Source of the DNA: Eukaryota sp. TZLM1-RC
Lineage: Eukaryota; Protista; Metamonada: BaSk clade
Assembly: GCA_040285825.1 (NCBI GenBank)
Contig: JAUPSS010000011.1
Location: 1,127,658 to 1,191,657, forward strand
DNA: 64,000 nucleotides
Direction: 5' to 3'
Shown: positions 22,307 to 35,373 of the stretch, one piece after another
Numbering within the stretch: position 1 is the first letter of the stretch
Layout: each line of letters begins with the position of its first letter
The notes under the pieces: generated by a model
Databases searched by the model: none
Told to the model about the DNA's origin: nothing
Seen by the model: the letters and a program-made list of their open reading frames with translations, nothing else
Translations under genes and position numbers: made by a program

Positions 22307-25300
22307 TTTGTTTTGTTTTTATTTGATTCTTTATATAAAATTTAATAAAAAATAAATAAATTTTTTTCCGTCCTTATCAGTTCGCTATCGGAATTCCTGA
22401 TGGCACAACATGTGCTGCGTTGTGTACAGATTTACTTTTAATCAAAAAGGCGAAAATTATTTATTGAACATTGATTTTAAAAATGCTTTCAACTCGGTTT
22501 TTCTCCAGTATTTTGTAAGAACTTGAACTACACTATCCTCCACTTTTGCCGTATTTTAAATTGATGTATGGATCACCCTCTAACTTAATTTTTCATTCTG
22601 AGAATATTGTTTCGTCAAGAGGGGTCAAACAAGGGGATCCATTGGGTCCATTCTTTTTTTGCTTAGCACTGCAATCAGTTTTGGTAAAAATTTAAGTCGG
22701 ATTTTCCTGACATTCATATATGTGCTTATGCAGATGATTTATCACTTATTGGCCCTTTGTCTCTTTTTACAACACGGTTTACAGCATTCTGTTTTTTTCT
22801 GGCCAAACAAATAGGGTTAGACATTAAATTGCCCAAGTGTTTCATTATTGGTAATCAACATGCGGAGGTGGTATTTAAAGAAACTTTTATCAAATACGTT
22901 GATTACGAGGAAGATGCTATTCGGTTTCTTGGATCTTATTTTGGAAATAGTGAAAAAGTTAAATCGATTTTGTCAGGTATTTTGGAAAAAATCGAAGAGC
23001 AACTTTTGGCAATTCAAGATCTACAAATTGACAAACATTTAGCGTTTTCGGTCCTCAATGTGTGTTTTGGATCAAAAATTAATCATCTTCTTCGTTCTTT
23101 ATCTCCCACAATTTCTCATGATTTTGCATGTCAATTCAATACTTTGAGAACAAATTTTTTAGAAAATTTAGTAGAAATTTGTCCATCTAAAATTCCTTAT
23201 CATGCATTTTTTAGTCCTAAATTTGGTGGAGTTGGTTTTTCAAAAGCAGAATATTTACGCAAAAGTGGTTTTATTGGTGGTATGACAAATTTTTCTTTTT
23301 TGAATGGAAACTTCGTTTTGATCATATTCCTTTAAATGAATCACATCCTTTATTCATTTCTCTTGAAAAAAATGGTGCAAGAACTACCTGTTGATATTTG
23401 GAATAAGAGTTTTTCCTTCAAGTTTGCCTGCTGTGCCTTCGAGATCTTTCACCAACCTTCATCTTGCTGTTGTGAAATTACAGAAGTCTGTTCTTATTGG
23501 TTTTGAAGACCTGGATTTTTCTAAACGACTTAGTGTGACTAAGATTAATAATCCCGTCTTTGCTGCCTTTTTAGCAGACATTCAGAACTGTACTAGTTTA
23601 ATATCTCAGCAACCAAGGCCATTTGGTCTTCACTTAACAAATGGAGCTTGGAAACAAAACATGCGGTTGAGATTAGGGATGTATCCAAGTGGTCTTTTGG
23701 ACAATTCTTATTGTATTTGTAACAAAAAAACCTACTGCCAATTTTTCGTCATATTGTGAGCTGCAAGAAATTTCTCCAATATCGGTCAGTTCTTCATAAT
23801 GCCGTTCGTGATGTGACATATGAGATGTTCAAGTGTTACAATTTTAGTTGCAAAGTAGAACCTTTGTTGAAGCATTATAGTGATGATAATCTTTTTTTAA
23901 TTCACGTCGAGGTGATTTAATTGCTCCATTTGTGGATTCCTCTCAAGTTGTTGTTGATTTCACTACAGTTGATCCCTTTGCTTTGGTTTATCGCGATGAT
24001 GTTTTTACTTAGTACTAATGGCCATTTAAAACAAGGCTGAAGATCGTAAGAGAGATAAATATACTGAGATATTAAATGATTTAAATAAGAACCTTTATTC
24101 GAAGTTTTTCGTTTGTTCCTTTTGCCTTTTCGATTTTTGGCAACATTGGACAATCCGCCATAAATTTCATCAATGATTTTGGTAATTTATGTCGTTCAAG
24201 TGGTAAGAATTTTGCAGAGAATTTATGGAAAAATCGTATCATTTTCGCTTTGTACAGAAGTGTTCCCAAGTACTTGAGTTTAATGATGTCTAAACTTTAT
24301 AAGGATTCATCAAGAGTTGGCGTGGAGAATTTAGTTTCTTATGTGTTTTAGTTTGTTTTGTTTTTATTTGATTCTTTATATAAAATTTAATAAAAAAATA
24401 AATAAATTTTTTTCCGTCCTTATCAGTTCGCTATCGGAATTCCTGATGGCACAACATGTGCTGCGTTGTGTACAGATTTACTTTTAATCAAAAAGGCGAA
24501 AATTATTTATTGAACATTGATTTTAAAAATGCTTTCAACTCGGTTTTTCTCCAGTATTTTGTAAGAACTTGAACTACACTATCCTCCACTTTTGCCGTAT
24601 TTTAAATTGATGTATGGATCACCCTCTAACTTAATTTTTCATTCTGAGAATATTGTTTCGTCAAGAGGGGTCAAACAAGGGGATCCATTGGGTCCATTCT
24701 TTTTTTGCTTAGCACTGCAATCAGTTTTGGTAAAATTTAAGTCGGATTTTCCTGACATTCATATATGTGCTTATGCAGATGATTTATCACTTATTGGCCC
24801 TTTGTCTCTTTTACAACACGGTTTACAGCATTTTGTTTTTCTGGCCAAACAAATAGGGTTAGACATTAAATTGCCCAAGTGTTTCATTATTGGTAATCAA
24901 CATGCGGAGGTGGTATTTAAAGAAACTTTTATCAAATACGTTGATTACGAGGAAGATGCTATTCGGTTTCTTGGATCTTATTTTGGAAATAGTGAAAAAG
25001 TTAAATCGATTCTGTCAGGTATTTTGGAAAAAATCGAAGAGCAACTTTTGGTTATTCAAGATTTAAAAATTGACAAACATTTAGCGTTTTCGGTCCTAAA
25101 TGTGTGTTTTGGATCAAAAATTAATCATCTTCTTCGTTCTTTATCTCCCACAATTTCTCATGATTTTGCACGTCAATTCAATTCTTGGAGAACAGATTTC
25201 TTAGGAAATTTAGTAGAAATTTGTCCATCTAAAATTCCTTATCATGCATTTTTTAGTCCTAAATTTGGTGAAGTTGGTTTTTCAAAAGCAGAGTATTTAT

Positions 25301-26335
25301 GCAAGAGTGCTTTTATTGGTGGTATGAGAAATTTTCTTTTTGAATGGAAACATCGTTTTGAACATATTCCTCTAAATGAATCAAATCCTTTATTAATTTC
25401 TCTTGAAAAAATGGTGCAAGAACTACCTGTTGATGTTTGGAATAGGAGTTTTCCTTCAAGTTTGCATGCTGTGCCTTCGAGATCTTTCACCAATCTTCAT
25501 CTTGCTGTTGTAAAATTACAGAAGTCTTTTCTTATTGGTTTTGAAGACCTAGATTTTTTAAACGACTTAGTATGACTATGATTAATAATCCGTCTTTGCT
25601 GCCTTTTTATCAGACATTCAGAACTGTACTAGTTTAATATCTCAGCAACCAAGGTCATTTGGTCTTCGCTTAACAAATGAAGCATGGAAACAAAACATGC
25701 GGTTGAGATTAGGGATGTATCCAAGTGGTCTTTTGGATAATTCTTATTGCATTTGTAACATAAAACCTACTGCCAATTTCCGTCATATTGTGAGCTGTAG
25801 AAAATTTCTCCAATATAGGTCAGTTCTTCATAATGCAGTTTGTGATGTGGCATATGAGATGTTTAAGTGTTACAATTGTTAGTTGCAAAGTAGAACCGTT
25901 GTTGAAGCATTATAGCGATAATAATCTATATAATTCATGTCGAGGTGATTTAATTGCTCCTTTTCTGGAGTCCTCCCAAGTTGTTGTTGATTTCACTACA
26001 GTTGAAACCTTCGCTTTTATTTATCGTGATGATGTTTTACCTAGTGCTAATGGTCATTTAAACAAGGCTGAAGATGGTGAAAAGGATAAATATACTGAGA
26101 TATTAAATGATTTAAATAAGAATCATTACTCAAAGTTTTCGTTTGTTCCATTTGCCTTTTCTATTTTTGTCAACATTGGACAGTTCGCCTTGCATCTTAT
26201 CAATGATTTTGGTAATTTGTGTCGTTCAAGTGGTAACAATTTTCGCTGTATACAGAAGCGCTCCCAAATAATTTTGTTTCTTATGTGCTTTAGTGTGATT
26301 TGATTCTGGGTAGAAAATCAATATTGTTGTTAAAA

Positions 26336-27183
26336 ATACCCGAATGTCCCTCTGTTTATAAACTTTTGTTAAAAGACAATGAATGGCTTCTAAACATGCG
26401 TTTTCGTTGTTTTCTGTGGCCAAACAATTTGCCCAATCATTTAACTTGTAAATGTGGTAAACCTCTTTTGTTTACTCATCTTTGGAACTGTAAACATTTC
26501 ATTACGTATAGAAGCAAAGTGCATAATAACGTCAGGGACCAAATTTATGTAATGTGTAAATCATATCGTGTAGATTCCTTTTTAGAACCGCTGTTATCAA
26601 AATTAATTCTTGATGATCCCAATATTGATAGTACGCGTTACAACAGAGCTTCTATGGGTTTGACTAGAGGTGATCTAGTTGTTCCCGGTTTAAATGGTAG
26701 TTTGACTATTTTGGACGCCATGTCTATTGACCCTTGTAATTCCTCTAACGTACATTTCATTAACTCGGATGTAAATAATCCTCTTCTGACAGGCGAAAAA
26801 TATAAAATTGCTAAATATGCGAAACCCATTTCCTCGGTTAATGAAAATTCTCATGCCCAATTTAATTTATGTCCATTTGTTTTTTCTTTGCTTGGATCTC
26901 TAGGTAAGGCTGCTATGGCTTTCCTTGAGGATTTTGTTGTAGTTGTAAAGGAAAGAACTGGAAGAATTTTCAATCGTGTTTACTGGCAAAACAGGATTGT
27001 ATTTTCTATTTTTAAGGGAATGGTAACACTAATTTCTGATTCACTATCTTCTTTTGGGAAATTTTCTGAATCTTAAGCGATTAATTGTTTTGATGTGGGG
27101 GAGGCAGGTTTTGAGGGTGTGGAGATTTCATTGTGTATTTCATATTTGTTGTTGAATAAAAATAAAATAATTGAAAAAAAAAA
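26336..27183 (+). mobile_element. Family C 3' fragment, undeleted form, with A-rich tail
   Basis: Knuckle, TRGDLV, GSLGKAAMAFLEDFVVVVKERTGR; same 5' truncation (CCGAATGTCCC) as the 2433 and 45302 copies. Confidence 0.85.
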
Positions 27184-30100
27184 TTTTCACAAAAGGAAAT
27201 TTTTGCGAATAACACGCAAAATCAAGATCCACAAAAACCTAAAATGCCCAATCTTCAGAATCACCCTCATTGATCAAGCACCATGCAGTCAGACCCGGAA
27301 AGTGGGAACGGAAATGCTGGCTCCCACTTTGGGGTTCTCACTTTGATTTAGTGAGAAAGATTGATAAAACTGTTCAACAGCGCTATTATGAAATTGGTCT
27401 TTCATTAAACATTTCTAAATGTTTATTGATTGGTAGATACTCCATGATTGGGTGAGTTGCATGTAGTTTTTATGTACCAGATGTGACCAATTTGTGATCA
27501 AACTGTTTGTGAGATTGTGAGTGAGTAATGTTAGCTATGGGTTGCTTAGTCGTTCTAAACTTATGATTACATTTTCAATTGATTTTTTATATATTTAAAT
27601 TAATTGAGTTCATTTATTTTTATAAACATTAAATGGTTAATAAATCCAAAAATCCAAAAGTTTGCAATTGAATGTTGAAAACTCAATAAAACGTTTTTGT
27701 AAGCGTAAGAGTATCGTTTTTGATACGCGTTACTCTTATTTAAAATTAAGAAAAAAATATTTGAGCACTAAAAAAACTACCAACATATCGATCTTTTCTG
27801 TTTTTTGGAAGTATATAGTTCAAAGCACTGTGGCATTTAAAGTTATTCTTCAAAATAATACAACTAATTTCTGCCGTTACCTCATTTAATCCAAATTGGT
27901 GAAAAGGTATCTCTGTTCTAGTGTTAAAAATCTATGGACACTCAAAAGCGGGGCAACACTTTGGTTAATTAAATTTAAGTCTTTTAAATTGAATATTTCG
28001 AAATTTGATCAGAAACAGCTTCTATTCGCTTTTTTTATTTATCGCGATGATGTTTTACTTAGTACTAATGGTCATTTAAACAAGGCTGAAGATCGTAAAA
28101 GAGATAAATAAACTGGGATATTAAATGATTTAAATAAGAATCTTTACTCAAAGTTTTCGTTTGTGCTCTTTGCCTTTTCGATTTTTGGCAACATTGGACA
28201 GTTCGCCTTGGATTTTATCAATGATTTTGGTAATTTGTGTCGTTCAAGTGGTGAGAAGTTTGCAGGGAATTTATGGAAGAATCGTATCATTTTCGCTTTG
28301 TACAGAAGCCCAAAATAATTTTGTTTCTTATGTGCTTTAGTTTGATTTGATTTGATTCTGCGTAGAAAATCAATATTGTTGTTAAGATCACAGTAACAAT
28401 TTCTCACAAAAGGAAATTTTTGCGAATAACACGCAAAATCAAGATCCACAAAAACCTAAAATGCCCAATCTTCAGATTCACCCTCATTGATCAAGCACCA
28501 TGCAGTCAGACCCGGAAAGTGGGAAAGGAAATGCTGGCTCCCACTTTGGGGTTCTCACTTTGATTTAGTGAGAAAGATTGGTAAAACTCTTCAACAGCGC
28601 TATTATGAAATTGGTCTTTCATTAAACATTTCTAAATGTTTATTGATTGGTAGAGACTCCATGATTGGGTGAGTTGAATGTAGTTTTTATGTACCAGATG
28701 TGACCAATTTGTGATCAAACTGTTTGTGAGATTGTGAGTGAGTAATGTTAGCTATGGGTTGCTTAGTCGTTCTAAACTTATGATTACATTTTCAATTGAT
28801 TTTGTATATATTTAAATTAATTGAGTTCTTTAATTTTATAAACATTAAATGGTTAATAAATCCAAAAATCCAAAAGTTTGCAATTGAATGTTGAAAACTC
28901 AATAAAACGTTTTTGTAAGCGTAAGAGTATCGTTTTTGATACGCGTTACTCTTATTTAAAATTAAGAAAAAAATATTTGAGCACTAAAAAAACTACCAAC
29001 ATATCGATCTTTTCTGTTTTTGGAAGTATATAGTTCAAAGCACTGTGGCATTTAAAGTTATTCTTCAAAATAATACAACTAATTTCTGCCGTTACCTCAT
29101 TTAATCCAAATTGGTGAAAAGGTATCTCTGTTCTAGTGTTAAAAATCTATGGACACTCAAAAGCGGGGCAACACTTTGGTTAATTAAATTTAAGTCTTTT
29201 AAATTGAATATTTCGAAATTTGATCAGAAACAGCTTCTATTCGCTTTTTTTATTTATCGCGATGATGTTTTACTTAGTACTAATGGTCATTTAAACAAGG
29301 CTGAAGATCGTAAAAGAGATAAATAAACTGGGATATTAAATGATTTAAATAAGAATCTTTACTCAAAGTTTTCGTTTGTGCTCTTTGCCTTTTCGATTTT
29401 TGGCAACATTGGACAGTTCGCCTTGGATTTTATCAATGATTTTGGTAATTTGTGTCGTTCAAGTGGTGAGAAGTTTGCAGGGAATTTATGGAAGAATCGT
29501 ATCATTTTCGCTTTGTACAGAAGCCCAAAATAATTTTGTTTCTTATGTGCTTTAGTTTGATTTGATTTGATTCTGCGTAGAAAATCAATATTGTTGTTAA
29601 GATCACAGTAACAATTTCTCACAAAAGGAAATTTTTGCGAATAACACGCAAAATCAAGATCCACAAAAACCTAAAATGCCCAATCTTCAGATTCACCCTC
29701 ATTGATCAAGCACCATGCAGTCAGACCCGGAAAGTGGGAAAGGAAATGCTGGCTCCCACTTTGGGGTTCTCACTTTGATTTAGTGAGAAAGATTGGTAAA
29801 ACTCTTCAACAGCGCTATTATGAAATTGGTCTTTCATTAAACATTTCTAAATGTTTATTGATTGGTAGAGACTCCATGATTGGGTGAGTTGAATGTAGTT
29901 TTTATGTACCAGATGTGACCAATTTGTGATCAAACTGTTTGTGAGATTGTGAGTGAGTAATGTTAGCTATGGGTTGCTTAGTCGTTCTAAACTTATGATT
30001 ACATTTTCAATTGATTTTGTATATATTTAAATTAATTGAGTTCTTTAATTTTTATAAACATTAAATGGTTAATAAATCCAAAAATCCAAAAGTTTGCAAT

Positions 30101-30990
30101 TGAATGTTGAAAACTCAATAAAACGTTTTTGTAAGCGTAAGAGTATCGTTTTTGATACGCGTTACTTTTATTTAAAATTATGAAGAAAATATTTGAGCAC
30201 TAAACAAACTACCAACATATCGATCTTTTCTGTTTTTTTGGAAGTATATAATTCAAAGCACTGTGGCATTAAAAGTTATTCTTCAAAATAATAAAACTAA
30301 TTTCTGCCGTTACCTCATTCCATCAAAATTGGTAAAAAGGTATCTCTGTTCTAGTGTTAAAAATCTATGGACACTCAAAAGCGGAGCAGCACTTTGGTTA
30401 ATTAAATTTAAGTCTTTTAAATTGAATATTTCGAAATTTGATCAGAAACAGCTTCTATTCGCTTTTTTTATTTATCGCGATGATGTTTTACTTAGTACTA
30501 ATGGTCATTTAAACAAGGCTGATCATCGTAAAAGAGATAAATAAACTGGGATATTAAATGATTAAAATAAGAACCTTGACTCAAAGTTTTCGTTTGTTCT
30601 CTTTGCCTTTTCGATTTTTGGCAACATTGGACAGTTCGCCTTGGATTTTATCAATGATTTTGGTAATTTGTGTCGTTCAAGTGGTGAGAAGTTTGCAGGG
30701 AATTTATGGAAGAATCGTATCATTTTCGCTTTGTACAGAAGCCCAAATAATTTTGTTTCATATGTGCTTTAGTTTGATTTGATTTGATTCTGCGTAGAAA
30801 ATCAATATTGTTGTTAAGATCACAGTAACAATTTCTCACAAAAGGAAATTTTTGCGAATAACACGCAAAATCAAGATCCACAAAAACCTAAAATGCCCAA
30901 TCTTCAGAATCACCCTCATTGATCAAGCACCATGCAGTCAGACCCGGAAAGTGGGAAAGGAAATGCTGGCTCCCACTTTGGGGTCCCCTT
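27184..30990. repeat. ~1215-bp composite tandem repeat, 3 units plus a terminal hub
   Basis: ORF offsets 27270/28487/29702/30919; unit = hub + RT-like fragment + AT-rich spacer + family-A endonuclease 3' end. Confidence 0.95.
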
Positions 30991-31181
30991 TTGTCAGAAG
31001 TGCAGCAGATGGGATTCGACCCTGATGCCAAAGCAGAGAACGAAGAGCAAACCCACTGGACTACGATGTTGGCAGTTGCTTATGTTGTTTTTTCTAATTT
31101 GTATTAGGTTTTGATTTGTATTGGTGTTGGACGATTTTTGTAATTGGTTTTGTGTTGATAATAAAAGTGATTGAAATGTGT

Positions 31182-34100
31182 TTATTTAAGGAAAATTTGA
31201 AGAGAAGGACGATTAGATTCTATTTGTTCAAGTTTGGATTTGGTTGAATTGCTAATGTTGCTGTTGCAAAGATTCAATTTAGTCAGAGTGGAATTGCTGT
31301 CCAGAGCACGGGCGAGAGCACTAGCACCTTCATCGGTGATTTGGTTGTACCCAAGATCCAATGTAGTCAGAGAGGAATTGCTCTCCAGAGCACGGGCGAG
31401 GGCACTAGGGCCTTCATCGGTAATGTTGTTGCGCCTAAGATTTAATGTAGTCAGAGTGGAATTGCTCTCCAATGCACGGGCGAGAGCACTAGCGCCTTCA
31501 TCGGTAATGTTGATTCCCTCAAGATTCAACTTAGTCAGAGTGCAATTGCTCTCCAGAGCACGGGCGAGAGCAATAGCGCCTTCAGCGGTAATGTTGCTGT
31601 ACCTAAGATTTAATGTAGTCAGAGTGCAATTGCTCTCCAATGCACGGGCGAGAGCACTAGCGCCTTCATCGGTAATGTTGATTCCCCCAAGATTCAACTT
31701 AGTCAGAGTGCAATTGCTCTCCAGAGCACGGGCGAGAGCAATAGCGCCTTCATCGGTAATGTTGTTGCACTCAAGATCCAATGTAGTCAGAGTGGAATTG
31801 CTCTCCAATGCACGGGCGAGAGCACTAGCGCCTTCATCGGTAATGTTGTCTTCCTGAAGATACAATGTAGTCAGAGTGCAATTGCTCTCCAATGCACGGG
31901 CGAGAGCACTAGCGCCTTTATTGGTAATGTTGTTGTCCCAAAGATCCAATCTAGTCAGAGTGGAATTGCTCTCCAGAGCATGGGCGAGGGCAATAGCGCC
32001 TTCAGCGGTAAAGTTGTTGCACTCAAGATCCAATGTAGTCAGAGTGGAATTGCTCTCCAGAGCACGGGCGAGAGCAAAAAGGCGATAATAGGGATATTTA
32101 AAACACCAAGGAAAACAAGATAATTCAACTAAATATTCATTTTTGATTAATTTAGTTGCCTTAATTAGACCTTGATCATCAAGTTTTGTCGGCGATAGGG
32201 ATGATCTCGACAGATATCTCTCCGGTCCCAGCAATTGAATAAACTTCAAAGAGGGAAAACTTTGTTCAGTGATATTGGTATCAATTGCTTCATGAATTAT
32301 CAATTCCTTAATGCTTGGTAATTCAATTTCAATATTGACAGGATGGTACAACCAAACTTCCAATCTAGTAATGGAAAGAGGCAAAGGAATTTGTGCTTCT
32401 AATATTCTTTCTGAAGAAGAACGATCAAATAAGACCAGCTCTTTCAATGCTGTAAGATAGCTTAAATCAGTAATCTCACTGCGATCATTAAGCACCAACT
32501 TCACTAGTGAAGGGGGTAATTGTTCTATAATGAATGAACAATTAAGCTCCAGAAACTTGAGATTTGATAAATGTGTCAAGTTTAAGGATAGCCTTCTATT
32601 ATGTCTTGACTTTGCACCAAGCTTAACAACCTCAACAGCTGGGAAAAACGACAAGAACTGTGGATCAAATTCATCTGTATAATAGTAAATATCAAGATGT
32701 TTAATTCGACTATTAATAACACTGGGACCATTGAAAGCAAATGATAATTGCAATTGTAAATCCCAAACATAATCATTGAGATTTAAATGTTGTGGATTTT
32801 TCAAAAATTCAAAACCATTGATCACTTCTTTAGAAAATTTAGCGACCTTCTTACTCACTGAACATTTGGTATAGAATCTGGCTTTTGTATATGGATGGTT
32901 ACCAAACAATTTTTTCAAATATTGTAAATATTCAAAGTAAATTAATCTGATTAGACCACTAAACATGCTATCCATGGTTTGTATTGGATCAAGAAAAGTT
33001 CCAAGTATTTCTGAACCAAATGATAATTTGGCAGGTTGAAATCGATCAATCAAATCACCTGTACCTAATTGACCTTCATCGTTTTTTCCCCAGGCCCAAA
33101 CAGTGTTTTTGTTGTAGGCAAAAAGGAAGTTACGTCCTAAGGAAACACCTTCTATATTGGTTAAAGCTTCGACACAAATTGGTTGCTCACTATCTTCATA
33201 AAGATCACTGAATCTGCTCAACCTACCCCAAACAAAAACCTTACCATCAATATCAGTGGCAGCATAAATACCATTGGAACCAATAATAGAGACAATATTA
33301 CTCAACCCTAAAACTTTTGTTGGTTTGTTATCGAAAGAATCATCATTTTCCTTGTCAAACCTCCAAACATCACCATTGAAGTCAATGACAAACAAAGAAA
33401 TGTTATCAAACAAAAAAGAACTCCATGATGGTTTGGTTGGCAAAATGTACTTGTCAACTGGAATCTTAACAAATGAACCATACTGAGTACTAAGTACCAT
33501 ACTAAGGAAGAAGTTGACATCTGAGTCAATTGCAACGATTGAGTTCCCAGCAGCAGAAATAAAAACAATGGTAGACCTGTTGATCCCTTGTATTGGCTTA
33601 AAAGTACCATTACCTAACTGAATAACTTTTCCTTCTGCAGTCAATCCAAATGATTTTGAATGATTACTGCTACTGCAAATTTCCTTGAAAAAATAAGGGC
33701 TGTTGATAAGAGTAATTTTTGGTGGCATATTTACTGCATGATCATTACCCCGATTACCCCAACCATACAACAAGCCATCAGAAGAAAGGGCAAAGCAATG
33801 GTCCCAGTCAGCTGAAATGTAAATTATGTTGTTGATTGGAAGTTTAACTGGTGATTTGAATATTGCTGGTCTATTAAGAGGAACATGACCATAACCAAAC
33901 CTCCCCCAAGCATAAACTTCACCAGAATAGGTGAGAAGCAGTGAGCCAAATTTACCACATGAAATGGACTTAACCCCACCCATTCGTTCCGATCGGTCGG
34001 GGAAGTGTGCTGGTTGTTGGTCACATGGAGAGGGGTGGTCTAAAAGAGGATCTGACGGGGCATGCTGTAGAGGACATCGATTATGTGCATTTGAGTCGGG

Positions 34101-34442
34101 TGTTCGGTCGGGTTGTGGATCGGAAGAATGGGGAGGAAAGGTGGATTGCGGAGAACTGCATGGTAAGTCTGAAGGTAGAGAGTGATGAACTGAGCAATGA
34201 GAGGGAGATCGTAATTCTTCATCAATAGTGGAGGAGAGTATCGTGGTAGTTGGGATAGAGTCATGGAAAACATCGGAAGCATCCTGTGAGAAGCTATTTT
34301 GGCTTCCCACTGGTTGAAATGCAACCGGGGCTTCAAGCTCGTGATTGAGAGGAGGGTTTGGACGACCTAGATCACGACTCTCCTTTCCAGAACACGAAAT
34401 GCTAGCGCTATCACCAGGCAAACTATCTTGATTTTGACGCAT
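31182..34442 (-). CDS. RCC1-like repeat + LRR protein, paralogue 2 (1086 aa, 10 terminal LRR units)
   Basis: Uninterrupted ORF, same architecture as and highly similar to 4265-7450. Confidence 0.9.
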   Translation of the reverse strand: MRQNQDSLPGDSASISCSGKESRDLGRPNPPLNHELEAPVAFQPVGSQNSFSQDASDVFHDSIPTTTILSSTIDEELRSPSHCSVHHSLPSDLPCSSPQSTFPPHSSDPQPDRTPDSNAHNRCPLQHAPSDPLLDHPSPCDQQPAHFPDRSERMGGVKSISCGKFGSLLLTYSGEVYAWGRFGYGHVPLNRPAIFKSPVKLPINNIIYISADWDHCFALSSDGLLYGWGNRGNDHAVNMPPKITLINSPYFFKEICSSSNHSKSFGLTAEGKVIQLGNGTFKPIQGINRSTIVFISAAGNSIVAIDSDVNFFLSMVLSTQYGSFVKIPVDKYILPTKPSWSSFLFDNISLFVIDFNGDVWRFDKENDDSFDNKPTKVLGLSNIVSIIGSNGIYAATDIDGKVFVWGRLSRFSDLYEDSEQPICVEALTNIEGVSLGRNFLFAYNKNTVWAWGKNDEGQLGTGDLIDRFQPAKLSFGSEILGTFLDPIQTMDSMFSGLIRLIYFEYLQYLKKLFGNHPYTKARFYTKCSVSKKVAKFSKEVINGFEFLKNPQHLNLNDYVWDLQLQLSFAFNGPSVINSRIKHLDIYYYTDEFDPQFLSFFPAVEVVKLGAKSRHNRRLSLNLTHLSNLKFLELNCSFIIEQLPPSLVKLVLNDRSEITDLSYLTALKELVLFDRSSSERILEAQIPLPLSITRLEVWLYHPVNIEIELPSIKELIIHEAIDTNITEQSFPSLKFIQLLGPERYLSRSSLSPTKLDDQGLIKATKLIKNEYLVELSCFPWCFKYPYYRLFALARALESNSTLTTLDLECNNFTAEGAIALAHALESNSTLTRLDLWDNNITNKGASALARALESNCTLTTLYLQEDNITDEGASALARALESNSTLTTLDLECNNITDEGAIALARALESNCTLTKLNLGGINITDEGASALARALESNCTLTTLNLRYSNITAEGAIALARALESNCTLTKLNLEGINITDEGASALARALESNSTLTTLNLRRNNITDEGPSALARALESNSSLTTLDLGYNQITDEGASALARALDSNSTLTKLNLCNSNISNSTKSKLEQIESNRPSLQIFLK
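31250..32078 (-). repeat. 84-bp LRR tandem array, 10 units
   Basis: Same backbone as 4330-5075 with different variable codons. Confidence 0.95.
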
Positions 34443-34756
34443 TATAGAGAGGTTGAGACGAAGAGAAATTTATTGAAAAGTGAAATTTGTCGAGACACTG
34501 GGTGTTTGCTGAAAGTTTTCTGAGATTTTCTTCTAGTTTTTCGAGTTTTTCTTCTAAGGGTCCACTTCACAAAAGAACATAATTGCCTCTTTGGCCGCAA
34601 AACCATCGGATCCAAGATTCATCCGATTCTGAATCAGATTCATCAGACCACCAGCGATGGGTCGGTGATTCGCCGCGAATGAAGTGGCGGGGTGCAGACG
34701 TATTGTGTGTGTTAAGGAATTCAGGTGTGGATGGCTTAAAAACTTTGTGAAGGATC

Positions 34757-35120
34757 AATTTTTTTTATTTATTGTCTCTCAGTATCTTTTAATCAATAAC
34801 AAATATGAAAACATCCACATCCTCAAAACCTGCTTCCCCTGCATCAAAATTTTCAACTGCAAAAGATTCGGGAAACTTCCCAAAAGAAGATTCTGGATCA
34901 GAAGTTAGTTTCAACATTCCCTTAAAAATAGAAAATACAATCCTGTTTTGCCAGTCAACACGATTGAAAATTCTTCCAGTTCTTTCCTCTACAACTACAA
35001 CAAAATCCTCAAGAAAGATCATAGCAGAATTACCTGAAGATACAAGCAAAGAAAAAACAAAGGGATATAAATTATATTGGGCATGAGAATTTTCATTAAT
35101 CGAGGAAATGGGTTTCGTCA
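34757..35120 (-). mobile_element. Diverged family-C 3' fragment, minus strand, upstream of gene 2
   Basis: Duplicate of 7745-8108. Confidence 0.85.
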
Positions 35121-35373
35121 ATGCATTTAGCAATTTTATAATTTGAACAATGTGGACATGTGAGCATTTTGAGAAAACGACCAAAATGGCCAATGAACAT
35201 TCCTTCATACCTAATTTCAATTTCCCATTGATCAACATCACTCCATGCCATTTCACACAATATATTTCACATATTTGTTACGATCTATATGTGCCCCATC
35301 TAGACCACCATTTATTACTCAATTTTGGGCATATCGTGCTACATAAGAATCCCCATAATGAAAATGGCACTTC

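Larger units (their letters stand above)
18591..26335 (+). mobile_element. Head-to-tail array of four 5'-truncated family-A elements (~2.03-kb period)
   Basis: Units start at ~18650, 20337, 22368 and 24414; RT motifs QFAIG, IDFKNAFN, GVKQGDPLGPFFF, AYADD, FLGSYFG, PKFGGVG, then CCHC knuckle and RLE; units joined by A/T-rich tails. Confidence 0.95.
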
